A stretch of DNA of 64,000 nt from Xanthobacteraceae bacterium (GCA_035515455.1 DATJBH010000031.1:10172-74171), one strand, 5' to 3'; counted from the stretch's first letter, positions 22,016 to 31,277 are shown. Program-made: numbers and translations. Notes: generated by a model not told the origin, from the letters alone.

Positions 22016-22456
22016 CTACTGCAGCGTGATCACGAGCCCGTTGAGGTCGGCGCTGACGATGGCGCCGATTGAATCGCCGGTCAGCTGCAGCACAGCGCCG
22101 TGCTGGTTGGTCAGCACGATGGCCTGCGCGCCACGCCCGACCGCGGCGCCGATATTGCCGGCGGCATAGACGCCGGCGACGTCGGACGGGCCGCTGATGT
22201 TGCTCACGGTGCCGTGGAAGCGCGTCTCGGACGCGCCGAAGGTGAAGCCGTAGCTCAAGCCGCCGATGCCGATCCGGTAGGTCCGCCCGTGGAACGTGAA
22301 AGCGCCCGAGCCGCCGGAGCCGCCGATGACGATGCCGGCCTTGATCACGCTGAAGCTGATCGGCCCGCCGTCGGCATAGACGGCGGAACTGAAGGTGACG
22401 CCGGCGAGCGCCAGCAAAGCGATCAGGCTTGTACGAAACGCGGCTGCGGTGCGCAT
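22016..22456 (-). CDS. secreted glycine-rich protein (DUF992/SYLF-like architecture, family not confidently assigned)
   Basis: Signal peptide MRTAAAFRTSLIALLALAGVTFSSAVYA followed by G-rich beta-type repeats (GIVIGGSGGSGAFTF, GIGGLSYGFTFG, GVYAAGNIGAAVGRG). Confidence 0.6.
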   Translation of the reverse strand: MRTAAAFRTSLIALLALAGVTFSSAVYADGGPISFSVIKAGIVIGGSGGSGAFTFHGRTYRIGIGGLSYGFTFGASETRFHGTVSNISGPSDVAGVYAAGNIGAAVGRGAQAIVLTNQHGAVLQLTGDSIGAIVSADLNGLVITLQ

Positions 22457-22613
22457 GAGTTTTCCTTCCCGGGATGCGTGCGAAAGCGCGAATCGGCTCC
22501 CGCGGCCGCAACCTTATCGCACCCGCGGCGGGATGCGGAGCCCTCACCCGGCCTTGAACTTGCGCGCCTTGCGCAGGTCGAAGGGCTCCGGGTCTCCCAA
22601 GTGCTCCAAACGC

Positions 22614-23060
22614 TCAATTGGATGGGGCGCACGCGGAGCCTGTCGCGCTGCGAATCTGCTGTGCCAGCGCAGTGGCTTCGGCGAGGTCGCTTGTCGAGAT
22701 TTCAAAACAAGGGCGTGTGCAGAGCGGTTCGCGTACGATCGGCTTCGAGACTGTCCGACAGCCGACGACGATCGCCAGAGGTTGGCCGACAATCTGCCGT
22801 GTCAGATTACAAATGCGCTTACGGATGTCGTCCGACAAGCACAGATCGACGTGAGGCAGCGGGAATTGGCTAACTTCTCCTGTTTCCGCGTTGCGGATTG
22901 CAAATGTCCCGCTGGGCTCCACGCGGATGATGGCCTTGGCGGGAATATCGATCCGACCGCTCGGATTCACCAATGAGAGAACGGCGTCGTCAGCATTCGC
23001 CCAAGTCGGGGCATAACCGGCAGCCGCCACTATCATCACGATCAGCCGCCTGAACTGCAT
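22614..23060 (-). CDS. small exported protein with SecD/SecF P1-head-like domain
   Basis: Signal-like N-terminus MQFRRLIVMIVAAAGYAPTWANA. The C-terminal block LTRQIVGQPLAIVVGCRTVSKPIVREPL...ISTSDLAEATALAQQIRS parallels the SecD P1-head pattern (T...vGk.lAIVLDg.viSAPvI.epI...I.g....eA..LA..Lr). Confidence 0.5.
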   Translation of the reverse strand: MQFRRLIVMIVAAAGYAPTWANADDAVLSLVNPSGRIDIPAKAIIRVEPSGTFAIRNAETGEVSQFPLPHVDLCLSDDIRKRICNLTRQIVGQPLAIVVGCRTVSKPIVREPLCTRPCFEISTSDLAEATALAQQIRSATGSACAPSN

Positions 23061-23230
23061 TTTGCTCCCCGAGTGCAGGATTCCCTAACTCAACTGGCAC
23101 GCATTTCCGCGTCGCATGCGGGGCAAGCGGCGCCTCGAATTTCAAGGTGCCGGCGCGCGGGCACGCTTGACAGAACGAAACAGGAACATACAATCGAGGC
23201 AACGTCAAGTTGTGGGGAGGTGCGCATTGA

Positions 23231-24349
23231 GTGCCGGGGGCGAGGACGACTTTTCCAAGTTCAGTACGGCAGCAGGCCTATGCGTCGAGCGTTCAAGCCG
23301 CAGAGGCGACGGAACACGTCGGCAAAAAGAATCGATGCGCGCGTCAGAGTTCGAAGATAGTGGATGCGCTCAAGGCGCGGGGCGAGGTGCGTCCGGCATT
23401 CGAGCGGCTCGCCAGTCATTCCGACGCGACAGTGCGAAAGCGGGCCCAGAGCTATTTGAATTGGCTCGATAAGCCCAAAGTGCACTCGGCGCCGGCACTA
23501 AGGCGGTCACTGCCTCCCTATGCACTGTGGCAGTGCGATCATCCGCCGGCGTCGGCATTAGGCCGCGACGAGATCGCAAAGCGGCTCCGTGCAAGCTTGC
23601 CGGAGGCTTACGAGCAGCTCATGCAACTGACGCTCCCTGCCATAGGTCTTTGGCCGCAGCGACGGGCCGATATTACGGCTACGGCGTCGCGCTTCGGCGG
23701 CATGCCGCTGGCGCCGCCCGATTGGCGGTGGCCGATGTTCGAAAAGGAGGCTGAACCGCTGCTGTTTGTCGGCCAAATCAACTGCGCGGAACTGCGGGGC
23801 CTGCCCGGAGCAGAGCTGCTGCCGGCGGCCGGCCTGCTCGCTTTCTTTGCCGACTACGATGCGGTTGATGGCTGTGAGCCTTTCGGCCCCATCGCCGTTT
23901 TTCATTAGGCCAACCCCGCCCAACTCGTGCCGGCGCAATCGCCTATCGAGCCGCTTGAGGTTTTTCCGTCGTGCGCGCTGACGCCGCGGCCCATCTTCGA
24001 TCTGCCGCATCCGTTCAGCAAAGCAGTCAGCAAACTCGAATTGAAAGATGATCAGGACAAAACGTACCGCGAGCTGTGGTGGGCCATTCGCGATCACGGC
24101 ATCCCGCCGGACTCTGCCGGCCACGCGAGCTTCAGCAAACTCCTGGGTTGGCCGGACCTCGTGCAAAACGATCTTTGGGCATTCGAAGCCGAAGAGGACG
24201 CGCGGTTGCTCCTTCAGGTCGACTCCTATTGCAACGGCGAAGATTGGCACTTCTGGGGCCCGGGCGGATCGCTCTATTTTCATATGTCCGAGCGCGATTT
24301 GTGTGGGCGCCACTTCGAACGCTGCGAATACGAGGGGCAATTCACTTGA
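23231..24349 (+). pseudogene. DUF2019-like + DUF1963 (YwqG-like) domain protein interrupted by in-frame TAG
   Basis: ORFs 23231..23908 and 23927..24349 are in the same frame, separated by TAG at 23906-23908. DUF1963 blocks span the stop (FGGMPLAPPDWRWP, LLFVGQINCAEL, GLLAFFADYD | KLLGWPDLVQND, LLLQVDSY, WGPGGSLYFHM). The N-terminal ALKARGEVRPAFERLASHSDATVRKRA resembles DUF2019, and its first helix seems to lie in another frame (23116 ORF). Confidence 0.7.
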
Positions 24350-24397
24350 CTTATCAGAGACGATAGACAGTGGGTTTGCACCGCTGCCGCGCGCGGC

Positions 24398-24964
24398 TCA
24401 CACCCCCGTCGCCAGCCGCGCCATGATGACGATGGTGACGATTTGCATGACGCCTTGCAGCGCCACGGCGAGGAAATAGTGGCTGGTCAGCGCCGCGATC
24501 CGCGCGTTGTCCGGCTGGTCCTTTTGCAGCTCCAGGCAGACACGCAGGTTCGCCGGCAACAGATAGCCGAGCCCCTGCACGGTCATCAGCACGACCAAGG
24601 TAAGCGCGGCCGCGACCCAGCCGTAATCCGGCCAGTCAAGCGCCGTGAAGCCCAGATCCAGCGCGACATACCAGCCGGTGGTGCCGGTAATGACGGCAAG
24701 CGTCGGCATCAGGAACAGCGTGCGCGGCGTGAGCCGCAGCAGCACCGCCTTGCGGGTGGCGATATCGGTGGTGCGCAGGATCGGGCCGAGCATGAAGCCC
24801 ATGAACAGGTCGATGCCGGTCCAGATCAGGCCGCAGAAGACATGAACGAAATTCAGCGCCCAAAGATTGCCGCCGGCGATGGCGGCGATCATGACGACGA
24901 GCGCCGCCAAGACGTACCAGAAATAATGCCAGCGGATGAGCTTGCCCGGCGCGGTCTCGGTCAT
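24398..24964 (-). CDS. hypothetical multi-pass membrane protein
   Basis: ATG at 24964 (MTETAPGKLIRWHYFWYVLAALVVMIAAIAG...), 188 aa with about 5-6 hydrophobic helices. The 504-aa track ORF is a read-through artefact. Confidence 0.6.
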   Translation of the reverse strand: MTETAPGKLIRWHYFWYVLAALVVMIAAIAGGNLWALNFVHVFCGLIWTGIDLFMGFMLGPILRTTDIATRKAVLLRLTPRTLFLMPTLAVITGTTGWYVALDLGFTALDWPDYGWVAAALTLVVLMTVQGLGYLLPANLRVCLELQKDQPDNARIAALTSHYFLAVALQGVMQIVTIVIMARLATGV

Positions 24965-25020
24965 CGTTCTGGACGCTTCGAAGTTATTTCCATCGCATCG
25001 GTCCGGCCGGTCTCCGATCC

Positions 25021-25536
25021 TTACCGGCCCTGACCCTCGCCCTGCTCGACGGCCTGCAGAATCTGCTGCTGCACCGCCGGGCTGTCGATGATGCCCATGT
25101 GCGTGTAGCCGGGCACCGGAATGTTCTCGGCACCGGCGACGGTGCCGCCGAGCTCGCCGACAAAATTGATCGCATGCACGGAGCTCGCCACCGCGACCGA
25201 TTGCGAAGGATCGACGCCGATCATGGTGACGTCGCGGGCGCCGCAGGCGGCAGCCTGCGTCGCCACCTCGGCGGCGCGCTCGGCGCCGAACGAGTGGCCG
25301 ATGACGACGATGCGGTCGTCCGGATGCGCGCAGGCATCGGCGGCGAATTGGCGGTTCTGCTCGTAGCTGCCGTAAGCGACGATGTAGCCGCGCTGCCGCA
25401 GCGCTTCGGCGACGACGGCAAGCCCGTGGCCGACGAACAGGCCGTTCATGACATAGGCGCGCGTCGCCGCCGCGGCGCCGGTGGTGAGCGCAGCCAACAA
25501 CGCCATCGAGCAACAGATCAGGCGCATCATATCCAA
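25021..25536 (-). CDS. small exported alpha/beta-hydrolase-like protein
   Basis: Signal peptide MDMMRLICCSMALLAALTTGAAAA. The nucleophile-elbow-like motif VVIGHSFGAE (G-H-S-x-G) is present. It lies 4 nt downstream of the SDR gene. Confidence 0.55.
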   Translation of the reverse strand: MDMMRLICCSMALLAALTTGAAAATRAYVMNGLFVGHGLAVVAEALRQRGYIVAYGSYEQNRQFAADACAHPDDRIVVIGHSFGAERAAEVATQAAACGARDVTMIGVDPSQSVAVASSVHAINFVGELGGTVAGAENIPVPGYTHMGIIDSPAVQQQILQAVEQGEGQGR

Positions 25537-25539
25537 CTC

Positions 25540-26307
25540 CTAAGACCGCACTCTGCCGCCGTCGACATTGAGCGTCTGGCCGGTCATGAAAGCGGCGTCG
25601 TCGCTGGTGAGAAACGACACGGCGCCGACCAGATCGTCCGGCACCTCCGGCCGCTTGATGGCCTGCAGCCCGGCGACGGCGGCGAATTCCTCCTCCATGG
25701 TGGCGAAGCCCGGTCGCGGCTTGCGCACGAGCGTGCCGGGCGAGCGGGTCAGGCCGGGTGCGATGGCGTTCACCGTGACGCCGTCGGCGGCGACGTCGCC
25801 GGCAAGGGCGCGGGTGAAACCGATGATTCCGCCCTTCGAGGCGACGTAATGCGCGAAGCCGGTGGTCACCGAGCCGAAGGTCGACGACGCCATGTTGACC
25901 ACGCGTCCCCATTTGCGCGCGCGCATGCCCGGCACGAAGGCTGAGGTGACGAGGAAGGTGCCGTCGAGGTTAATGGACAGCACCTTGCGCCAGTCGGCGA
26001 AGGTCATGGTGGCGAAATCCTGCTGCGGAAAAATTCCGGCGCAATTCACCGCGATATCGACGTGCCCGAATTTGGCCTGCACTTCCCGGGCCATTGCCGC
26101 GACCGAGTCCTCCTTCGACACGTCGCACTTCACCGCAAGCGCGTTGCGCCCCGCCGTTTCGACCAGCCTCACCGTCTCGCGCCCGTCGGCGAGGTCGGCG
26201 ATGGCGATGTGCACGCCGTCCTCGGCGAGACGCTTGGCGAAAGCCTGGCCGATGCCGTTGGCGCCGCCGGTGATGACGGCGACTTTATCCTTGTGTCCTT
26301 TGCCCAC
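25540..26307 (-). CDS. SDR family oxidoreductase
   Basis: KVAVITGGANGIGQAFAKRL (TGxxxGxG), NCAG, YVASKGG (YxxxK). Confidence 0.9.
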   Translation of the reverse strand: MGKGHKDKVAVITGGANGIGQAFAKRLAEDGVHIAIADLADGRETVRLVETAGRNALAVKCDVSKEDSVAAMAREVQAKFGHVDIAVNCAGIFPQQDFATMTFADWRKVLSINLDGTFLVTSAFVPGMRARKWGRVVNMASSTFGSVTTGFAHYVASKGGIIGFTRALAGDVAADGVTVNAIAPGLTRSPGTLVRKPRPGFATMEEEFAAVAGLQAIKRPEVPDDLVGAVSFLTSDDAAFMTGQTLNVDGGRVRS

Positions 26308-26479
26308 GAAGCGGCTCCCTGAATTGCCAATGCTCGGCCGAACGCCGAGCTTATCGGGAAATGGACGGACCTGTCCTCGCCTTGTGCCAATGGGAGGGCT
26401 GCAATTTGGGTGAGGCGAATGGTTCGTGATTTGCTATAAGCATGTGCGGTCGCGGATCGCAGGACAAGGGGAGGGGCAA

Positions 26480-26887
26480 ATGGCCAAAGCCGCCGACAAG
26501 GCCGCTGCTGGCGACAAGGCTGTCGACGACCAAGCGGTCGCGGTGCGGCCGCCGATGATTTCGGATTACGGCCTGGCGCTGACCGTCTACGTTCTCTATT
26601 TGCTTGGTTTTTTCACCGGACTGACCGCGGTCGTCGGCCTCATCATCGCCTCGATGCAGGTCGACCGCGCCGAGCCGGTCAGCCGCAGCCATTTCCGGTT
26701 TCAGGTCAGGACCTTCTGGATCGGGCTCCTGTTTGTCTTTGTCGGCGTCGTCGCGCTGCACGTGGCGATCGGCGGCTTGATCCTGCTGTGGTGGGTGGTC
26801 TGGACCTTGATCCGCTGCGTCAAAGGCCTGCTGGCGCTGAACGCCGGCGAGCCGATCGCCGACCCGGAATCCTGGTTCTTCGGCTGA
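26480..26887 (+). CDS. DUF4870-like membrane protein
   Basis: ATG at 26480. VYVLYLLGFFTGLTAVVGLIIASMQ...SHFRFQVRTFWIGLL...IRCVKGLLALNAGEPI matches the DUF4870/COG3671 pattern. Confidence 0.65.
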   Translation: MAKAADKAAAGDKAVDDQAVAVRPPMISDYGLALTVYVLYLLGFFTGLTAVVGLIIASMQVDRAEPVSRSHFRFQVRTFWIGLLFVFVGVVALHVAIGGLILLWWVVWTLIRCVKGLLALNAGEPIADPESWFFG

Positions 26888-26907
26888 ACGCCGGCGGCCG
26901 GCAGCGG

Positions 26908-27156
26908 TCAAAAAGACACGCCGACGCGCCGGCCCTTCTGCCACATCACCAGGCAGTTCTTTTTCACGCCGCCGTGGCTGAGCATGAAGCGCCTCGGAAT
27001 GTCATCGCCGCCATGCACGTCGAGGCAGGCGCCGCCGGCGCTGATGTCGACAATGGTGCAGACCGTCGACGCGCCTCTGACGTCGGCGAAAATGATTCCG
27101 GTCTTGGCGACCAATCCGGTCGGCCGGACGCGATGGAATCGTCGGTTCTCTCGCAT
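26908..27156 (-). CDS. PilZ domain protein
   Basis: MRENRRFHRVRP...CTIVDISAGGACLDV contains the RxxxR and D.S.GG motifs of PilZ c-di-GMP-binding domains. Confidence 0.7.
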   Translation of the reverse strand: MRENRRFHRVRPTGLVAKTGIIFADVRGASTVCTIVDISAGGACLDVHGGDDIPRRFMLSHGGVKKNCLVMWQKGRRVGVSF

Positions 27157-27370
27157 TGCGGTGTGGCAAAAGGCGTTTCCGTTCGGGATTGTAGTGTCAG
27201 GATTTATACGGATGCAACGCGTGGCGCGGTTCGCCCGCGGCGATTGACGAATACAAGATAAATCCTTGGTTTATTTGGTCGTTACAAGCCTAGCCGGATC
27301 GGCAACATCTGGGCGCCAGGCGTCGCGCGCGTGGCAATGGCGAAGCGCCCGTCGTACGCGCCGCCCGTCG

Positions 27371-27823
27371 TCAGCCGTCGGCGGTTTTGGCCCGGTAGGC
27401 CTCGATCGCCGCGCGCAGGGCCGGCGGCAGTGGCACCGGCTTCTTGGTCTCGAGCGACATCATGGCGGTGACCATGCGGGCGCGCAGGCGAGTAAGCCCG
27501 TCGCGATGGCAGACGATGCCGATGCCGAGCGACGAGCGGCCGACACGATCGACCAATAAAGTCAGGTCGATGACTTCACCCATTAGGCTTGGGATCTTGA
27601 AATCGCATTCGATGTGGACGAAGGGAAAGCCGAAGCGCTCGCCCATCACCAGCCCGGCGTAATCGTGATGCAGCTCGTCCTTGTACCAGTCTTCGATCAC
27701 GCCGTTGAACATGTCGAAATAATGCGGGAAGTAGACGATGCCGGCCGGGTCGCAATGCGAAAAGCGAATCGGCACGCTGCGGGTAAAAGCGCCGGCCGGC
27801 GGCGTAAATTTCTCTTCGCGCAT
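27371..27823 (-). CDS. acyl-CoA thioesterase (4HBT/YbgC-like hotdog fold)
   Basis: SVPIRFSHCDPAGIVYFPHYFDMFNGVIEDWY is a typical 4HBT N-terminal catalytic region. Confidence 0.8.
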   Translation of the reverse strand: MREEKFTPPAGAFTRSVPIRFSHCDPAGIVYFPHYFDMFNGVIEDWYKDELHHDYAGLVMGERFGFPFVHIECDFKIPSLMGEVIDLTLLVDRVGRSSLGIGIVCHRDGLTRLRARMVTAMMSLETKKPVPLPPALRAAIEAYRAKTADG

Positions 27824-27899
27824 GAGGCGGCATTCCCGTCTTGGCCTTCCGCACGGCGGAGCCTAATCCCCATCCGCCCGCGCGTACCCGTGCCGGATT

Positions 27900-28148
27900 C
27901 TACGCCGCCCGGATTTGCCAGCAATGGGCGTCGGCCTCGATGCGGGCGATCGCTTCGGCGAGGCTGTGCGCGTAATCGATGAAAGTGCGGCCGAGCCAGT
28001 CCTGCCGTTGTACGATCAGATAGCCGTGCTGCTCGACCACATAATATTTGCTGCTGCCGCAAGTGAAGGCGCGTTCCGCTGCCACTGAGGCCTCCTTAAG
28101 CCTGATCGACCCCTTCGCGCCTCGCTTGCAGACTACGGCCACGCTCAT
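27900..28148 (-). CDS. hypothetical protein
   Basis: 82-aa ORF with no recognised family. Retained because it fills an otherwise empty interval in the same orientation as its neighbours. Confidence 0.3.
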   Translation of the reverse strand: MSVAVVCKRGAKGSIRLKEASVAAERAFTCGSSKYYVVEQHGYLIVQRQDWLGRTFIDYAHSLAEAIARIEADAHCWQIRAA

Positions 28149-28207
28149 GGTCCGGCAATAATGCGCCCGAACACAACGTCGTGACGGGACGCATCCGCCG
28201 CGCCGCC

Positions 28208-28712
28208 TCAGGCGCGGCGGATGCGCGCGCGCGCCGCCTTGCGGGCTGCCGCGGCACGGCCGCTGCGGCCCTTGGTGCGCGCCGCCTTCTGCGCCGCGCG
28301 CGAACGCGCCGCCGCGCTGCGGCGGGAGGCGGCGCTATGCGCGTGGCGCGACAAGGCGCGGTGCGACGCCGCGCGGCGCGGTTCGCGCCGCAGCGCTCGC
28401 TTCGCGGCACGCGCCCGCTTTTTGCTCCGGCTTTTGGGTTTGCGCTTTCCTTGTCCGGTCTCGTAGGCGTATTGCGCGCTCTTGCGCGTGCGCGCTTTTG
28501 TCGTGCCGCGCCGGGGCGGCGGCAGATCGACGCCGGCGCGTGCGCGCCTCCGACAGGCCGATGGCGATCGCCTGCTTGGCCGAGCGCGCGCCATGCTCGC
28601 CGTGGCGGATCTTATCGATTTCGGCGTGGACGAATTCGCCGGCCTGGGTCGAGGGCGATTTACCCTCGCGCTTGTCCGCTTTTGCCTTCTGGATCGTCTT
28701 CTGGTCAGGCAT
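28208..28712 (-). pseudogene. DUF6496-like small basic protein with an apparent 1-nt frameshift
   Basis: ATG at 28712 (GGAGGA upstream) gives MPDQKTIQKAKADKREGKSPSTQAGEFVHAEIDKIRHGEHGARSAKQAIAIGLSEAR. The expected continuation RAGVDLPPPRRGTTKARTRK... is in the ORF 28208..28594 frame. Deleting the + strand t at 28541 joins them. Confidence 0.6.
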
Positions 28713-28858
28713 CGGGTCCTCCGTTCGCTGGGCTCGCACCGGCGCGGTCCGCGCCGAGCGCGAAATTCGTCAATTTAACGCTTGCCGCGCGCATTTGATC
28801 CGGGTGTAAAGCAACCGCCCCTTTGCTACGCTGGCCGCCGAGCAAGCGGGAGGCGCCG

Positions 28859-29626
28859 ATGGCCGGACTGTTGCAAGATCATATCGCGGCAATCACCGGC
28901 GCGGGCTCCGGCATCGGCCGCGCCATTGCGCTCGGCTATGCACGCGAAGGCGCGGCTGTCGCCGTGCTCGACATTGACGGTGCGACCGCGGCCAAGACCG
29001 CAGCCGATATCCGCGGCGCCGGCGGCACGGCGCAAGCCTTCACGCTGGATGTGCGGGACCGCGAGGCGTGCCGCGCCGTCGCCGGGCGGGTCGCCAGCGA
29101 ACTCGGCGCGGTTTCGATCCTGGTCAACGATGCCGGCATCAATCGCCGCAACGCGTTCACCGGCGATCCGGACGCCGTGATCAAGGACTGGCAAGATATC
29201 ATGGCCGTAAATCTGAACGGCTTGTTCAACGTGACGCACGCGTTCCTGGACGCACTGCGCGGCAGCAAGGGCCGTATCGTCAATATCGCTTCGATCCAGT
29301 CGTTCGTGCATGTGCGCACACCGAACTCGCCCGCCTATACCACCTCGAAGCACGGCGTGCTCGGCTTCACCCGCGCCTTGGCCGCGGAACTTGGCAAGTA
29401 CGGCATGCGCGTCAACGCCATCGGCCCCGGCCTGATCGAGACGCCGCTGAACGAAAAAGTGCGGGCCACGCAGCCGGAGCTGGTCAAGATCTTTCTCGAT
29501 CACACGCCGCTCGGGCGCACCGGCAGGCCGGACGATATCGTCGGCCCGGCGCTGTTTCTGGCGTCGGATCTGTCGGCCTGCACCGGCGCCATTGTCATGG
29601 CCGACGGCGGCTACCGGACGATTTAG
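28859..29626 (+). CDS. SDR family oxidoreductase
   Basis: ATG at 28859. IAAITGAGSGIGRAIALGYA, NDAG, YTTSKHG (YxxxK). Confidence 0.9.
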   Translation: MAGLLQDHIAAITGAGSGIGRAIALGYAREGAAVAVLDIDGATAAKTAADIRGAGGTAQAFTLDVRDREACRAVAGRVASELGAVSILVNDAGINRRNAFTGDPDAVIKDWQDIMAVNLNGLFNVTHAFLDALRGSKGRIVNIASIQSFVHVRTPNSPAYTTSKHGVLGFTRALAAELGKYGMRVNAIGPGLIETPLNEKVRATQPELVKIFLDHTPLGRTGRPDDIVGPALFLASDLSACTGAIVMADGGYRTI

Positions 29627-29684
29627 CGTGTGATTCCGAACAGCACCGGCTTTCGGAACTCATGCTCAATCGAGCGATGAATTG

Positions 29685-30119
29685 CTACTTGGCCTTCATC
29701 TGATCGGCGGATTTCAGGATGATCTCCGGCTTGCCGCGATAGAGAGTGACGGCGCCGGTGATGTCGACGACCTTGCCATCGAATGTCTTCAAGTCCGGAA
29801 ATTTGCTTCTGTCGGCAGCAAAGATGACAGCGGCGAAATTGTTGTCCGGATAGCGGCCGCCGACATCGATAAAGGTCGTTCCGCTGCGGCCGGCGGCAAT
29901 ATTTCCCACGGCGCCTTCGACCGTCACGGTCTGCCCGACGTGGGTCTTGGCATCCGCGGGCGTGATCGTTGGGGTTTCCGCGAAAGCTGGCGCGGCGAGC
30001 CCGAGAGCCGAGCCAAGAACCGAGCGAAACCAAGAACCAGACCCAAACCCGACGTCAGAACGGAAGCTTTCATGTCTCAATCCCCCTGCGCTGGATGGTA
30101 TGGAACAAAACAGGAACAT
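29685..30119 (-). CDS. exported OB-fold (tRNA_anti-like) domain protein, N-terminus uncertain
   Basis: The mature part THVGQTVTVEGAVGNI...TFIDVGGRYPDNNFAAVIFA...GKVVDITGAVTLYRGKPEIIL fits the OB-fold pattern. A cleavage-site-like LGLAAPAFA-ETP is present. A better signal-peptide start (ATG 30073, MKASVLTSGLGLVLGF) lies in a different frame. Confidence 0.55.
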   Translation of the reverse strand: MFLFCSIPSSAGGLRHESFRSDVGFGSGSWFRSVLGSALGLAAPAFAETPTITPADAKTHVGQTVTVEGAVGNIAAGRSGTTFIDVGGRYPDNNFAAVIFAADRSKFPDLKTFDGKVVDITGAVTLYRGKPEIILKSADQMKAK

Positions 30120-30262
30120 AAACTTATGGTCGAGTCAAGTCCGCGAGACCATGCCGGCCGGCGCGCAGAGGGGCGGCTCGTGAACCGCCGGATGCCGCGA
30201 CAGCGACAAAGAGCATCACGTTGCCGAGGGCTGAACTCGTGACCCATCGCTCTTTGCCCGTC

Positions 30263-31048
30263 ATGCGCACGCTTGCGGCTGCCTATCGGGACTGGCGGCG
30301 CACGCTGTTAGCGCTGCGCATGCTCGTGGTCAGCGCTTTTCTTATTCTCGCAGCCCTCGCAGCCGTTGCGGAACTCGTCCCCGAAAGCCTGTGGTTTCAA
30401 AATATCGCCGGCTCAGCCTTGAATCTCGCCGACGACGCAATCTGGGCGCTGCTGGTGACGCCCATCGTCATCGCCGTCCATCGTTTCGTCATCCAGGACG
30501 TGGTCACCTCCGCCTATACGCTTCCGCTTGGCGACCCGATCTATCGGAAGTTCTTCGTCTGGCTGTTCGCGCTGAAGGTCTTGTCGGGCCTGCCGTTCGA
30601 TCTGCTCGGTGCGATGCAAGCGTTCGAATGGCCGCTCTGGGCGAGCACGCTCGGCTTCGCTGCGGCGTTGGTCGCGGCAATCGGTCTGTCGCTGCGGCTA
30701 TTGATTTTGCTCCCAGCGCTTGCAGTCCAGGCGCCAGGCGCGACGGGAGCCCATGCGCTCGCCGACAGCAAGGGCTATGCGTTGCGGTTGTTCGCGATCT
30801 TTTTCCTTGCGCTCTTTCCATGGGTCGCGGTCAGCGTTGGCGGCGTTTCGTTGCTCGGCCGCCGCATCGAGGTCACCGGGTCGCCGCAGATGATGATCGG
30901 CTTGGTGATGGGCGGTCTGTTGCAGACGATAGTGCTGACGCTGTCGGCGGTCGTCGCCAGCCACGCCTTTCGGATTCTTGCCGCCGCGCTCAATCGCGCG
31001 CCAAAACTTGCGCCGGCGCATCCGATCAGGCGGCGGGGTTTCGACTGA
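30263..31048 (+). CDS. hypothetical multi-pass membrane protein
   Basis: About 6 hydrophobic helices (LLALRMLVVSAFLILAALAAV, IWALLVTPIVIAVHRF, FAIFFLALFPWVAVSVGGV...). No family recognised. Start 30221 or 30263. Confidence 0.5.
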   Translation: MRTLAAAYRDWRRTLLALRMLVVSAFLILAALAAVAELVPESLWFQNIAGSALNLADDAIWALLVTPIVIAVHRFVIQDVVTSAYTLPLGDPIYRKFFVWLFALKVLSGLPFDLLGAMQAFEWPLWASTLGFAAALVAAIGLSLRLLILLPALAVQAPGATGAHALADSKGYALRLFAIFFLALFPWVAVSVGGVSLLGRRIEVTGSPQMMIGLVMGGLLQTIVLTLSAVVASHAFRILAAALNRAPKLAPAHPIRRRGFD

Positions 31049-31277
31049 AACGGTGCGCCACGATCGCTACGTGTTTCTACAAATAGCCGCCTGTTCGATC
31101 CACAGGCATTGTCCAAGCATCCGCGCCGGCGGTGATTCGGATCTTCGCCACGTGGCGGCAGATGTGGACCGGCACGGCGTGTCTCGTAGCAAAGTCAGTG
31201 CGGTCTTGCGTAACCGTGCCAGTCGACCGGCGCGGCCTATGCGGCCGTCCGCGCGACAGATCAGCGAAAGAGACACC

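Noticed and set aside
23906-23908. Programmed stop-codon read-through or recoding at the in-frame TAG (and TAA at 50528)
   Set aside because: There are no recoding signals (no SECIS- or PYLIS-like context that I can see). Other genes in the window terminate normally at TAG/TAA. Both affected genes are low-GC accessory genes with additional damage, so decay is the simpler explanation.
24398-25912. 504-aa single CDS as listed in the ORF track
   Set aside because: The N-terminal 316 aa are Arg/His-rich antisense or out-of-frame sequence overlapping the alpha/beta-hydrolase-like and SDR genes. A clean membrane protein begins at ATG 24964.
28535-28548. Programmed ribosomal frameshift in the DUF6496-like gene (and in cvpA at about 36512)
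   Set aside because: There is no slippery heptamer (X XXY YYZ) or A/T run at either site, and the sequence context is GC-rich (gcgcgtgcgcgc). An indel mutation or assembly error is more plausible.
30978-31277. 100-codon N-terminal extension of the ParA-like ORF
   Set aside because: The extension overlaps the end of the preceding membrane-protein gene and is Arg-rich. The canonical ParA N-terminus (M-x-I-A-L-x-x-x-KGG) begins at ATG 31278.
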